Shown piece by piece: positions 62,689 through 64,000 of a stretch of DNA of 64,000 nt (position 1 is its first letter; the number at the start of each line of letters is the position of its first letter). The notes beneath the pieces are model-generated. The model saw nothing but the letters and a program-made list of their open reading frames with translations. It did not search any database and was not told the DNA's origin. This stretch comes from Gallionella sp. (GTDB lineage Bacteria > Pseudomonadota > Gammaproteobacteria > Burkholderiales > Gallionellaceae): the NCBI GenBank assembly GCA_034371155.1, contig JAXMKV010000017.1:13371-77370 (forward strand), given 5' to 3'. The position numbers were made by a program, and so were the translations under genes.

Positions 62689-63237
62689 TTAATCTGCCTT
62701 GCCGTTCCCGTCGGCAGGCGTTCGGTGGCGTCGCCGCCAGGCGAGCGATATCTTCAGCCGCCACAATCCGCTGATCAGCAGGTAGGCCAGAGTACCCATC
62801 GAGCTGGACAAGATCAGCAGCCCCAGTAGCAATGGCTTCCCCAGGGCGGCGATGCGTTCTATCCAGCCTGCTTCTCCGTGTTCGGTCTGGGCGGTTTCAA
62901 AACCCTGCGCACCGCCGTCATCGCCGATCAGCCTCGCACCGAGGTGATAGGCCGCGTAATAGATCGGCGCGAAGGTGACGGGATTGGTGACCAGCGTGCT
63001 TGCGATTGCGGTGGGGATGTTTGCACGCAAAAACACGGCGGCAGCGGCGGACAGCGGGATCTGTGCGACCGGCACCAGCAGACCGAAGAAGATGCCGAGT
63101 CCAACTCCGAGTGCGACCCCGCGCCGGGTGATGCGCCACAACTGCGGATGGTGCAGCGCCGGTCCGATCCAGCGCAACCAGCGGTTGTGGCGCACACTCT
63201 CGGCATTCGGCAACAGGCGTTGCAGACGCTGCTTCAT
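62689..63237 (-). CDS. DUF2062 family membrane protein
   Basis: LHHPQLW..TRRGVA.G and TLVTNPVTFAP. Confidence 0.88.
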   Translation of the reverse strand: MKQRLQRLLPNAESVRHNRWLRWIGPALHHPQLWRITRRGVALGVGLGIFFGLLVPVAQIPLSAAAAVFLRANIPTAIASTLVTNPVTFAPIYYAAYHLGARLIGDDGGAQGFETAQTEHGEAGWIERIAALGKPLLLGLLILSSSMGTLAYLLISGLWRLKISLAWRRRHRTPADGNGKAD

Positions 63238-64000
63238 GGCTGAACGCCCGGTATGCCAAGCGGCGGAGGTGTCGTTGATCCGTCACCGAGCATGATGGCC
63301 GCCTTGACCGCCTGCTCGATTGCGCGGCGCATCATGCTGGCGACGCGCAGGCGCGCCTCCATCTCCGCCACCGGCAATTCGCCTTGGGCTCCGGTTTCGA
63401 GCAGCCGCGCCTTGAGCTGCTGGTAGTGATCCTCCAGCGCATTCAACGCCTGTTCGACCGCCTGACGATCATGCAGTCCGCTCGACGGATCGACGCTGTC
63501 CAGCAATGCTTCGGCCTGCGCACCGAACTTCGCCGCCTCCGGCGGTGCCGCCGACGCCAGTTCCCGCCGCACGCCGGCCATGTCCAGCGCCAACTCGGAC
63601 AGCGTCTCGTAATAGCGCGCGATGCGCAGTATCTCCGGCAGGCGTTGCGCGCTGCTCGCCGACATCGTGGCGCGGCTCAGCTGCATAACAAAGTCGGCGA
63701 TGGCGTAGTTCAGCGCGGATACGATCTGCCGGTCTCCCGCCAGTTTTTCCTGACCTGCACCGCCAGATGCCTCGCGCAGCATGCGTAAAGAAATGACACC
63801 CATGCGCCGCGATTCCTGCAACAGCGCGTTCATCGCCAGCGCCGGGATGCCCAGTAGGTTGGCATCCAGATGGTGCGGACGCGCCTCGTCCTCTTCCGCA
63901 GTGCGGAAGCGATGTTGCAGGAAAGCGCTCAGGCGATTGGCCAGCGGCCACATCAGCGCCACGCCGAGCAGATTGAACACGGTATGAAACAGCGCGAGGA
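63234..64000 (-). CDS. Na/Pi cotransporter family protein, C-terminal PhoU-like part (5' end outside window)
   Basis: LALFHTVFNLLGV at the window edge, then a helical PhoU-like region; the frame stays open to the edge. Confidence 0.8.
   Translation of the reverse strand, partial: LALFHTVFNLLGVALMWPLANRLSAFLQHRFRTAEEDEARPHHLDANLLGIPALAMNALLQESRRMGVISLRMLREASGGAGQEKLAGDRQIVSALNYAIADFVMQLSRATMSASSAQRLPEILRIARYYETLSELALDMAGVRRELASAAPPEAAKFGAQAEALLDSVDPSSGLHDRQAVEQALNALEDHYQQLKARLLETGAQGELPVAEMEARLRVASMMRRAIEQAVKAAIMLGDGSTTPPPLGIPGVQP

Overview
64 kb of a betaproteobacterial chromosome. Gene content (cbb3 oxidase, stand-alone TusE/DsrC-family protein, pilSR-ampD-nrdAB order) suggests a microaerophilic Nitrosomonadales/Gallionellaceae-like lithotroph; this is an inference. 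Most of the window is housekeeping: nrdAB, ampD, pilRS, mutY, asmA, hemN, ccoNOQP-ccoGHIS, pyrE/xth, glnA-ntrBC, secA, argJ, infA/csp, prfA-hemA, ylqF, RsuA-family synthase, a Kef transporter and a partial Na/Pi cotransporter. An accessory stretch at about 38.1-50.6 kb holds an IS1182-like transposase scar, a TorF-like porin coupled to a PAS-GGDEF-EAL protein, and the main candidate for an undescribed system: a translationally coupled three-gene cassette at 43820-50455. It encodes a large predicted outer-membrane beta-barrel, an exported Ig-like/NTF2-like protein and a 1146-aa exported helical protein ending in a second NTF2-like domain. Signals the ORF track misses: a 44-aa membrane ORF ending the cco operon, a leader-peptide attenuator before an EamA transporter, an in-frame palindromic insertion in a fructosamine-kinase gene, a 172-nt nested-stem element at 56834-57005, two GTAG-type REP doublets, and an NtrC/sigma54 enhancer whose first site overlaps the stop codon of the upstream gene. 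No tRNA, rRNA, CRISPR array or intact transposase/integrase was seen. All family assignments come from motif recognition by eye, not database searches.
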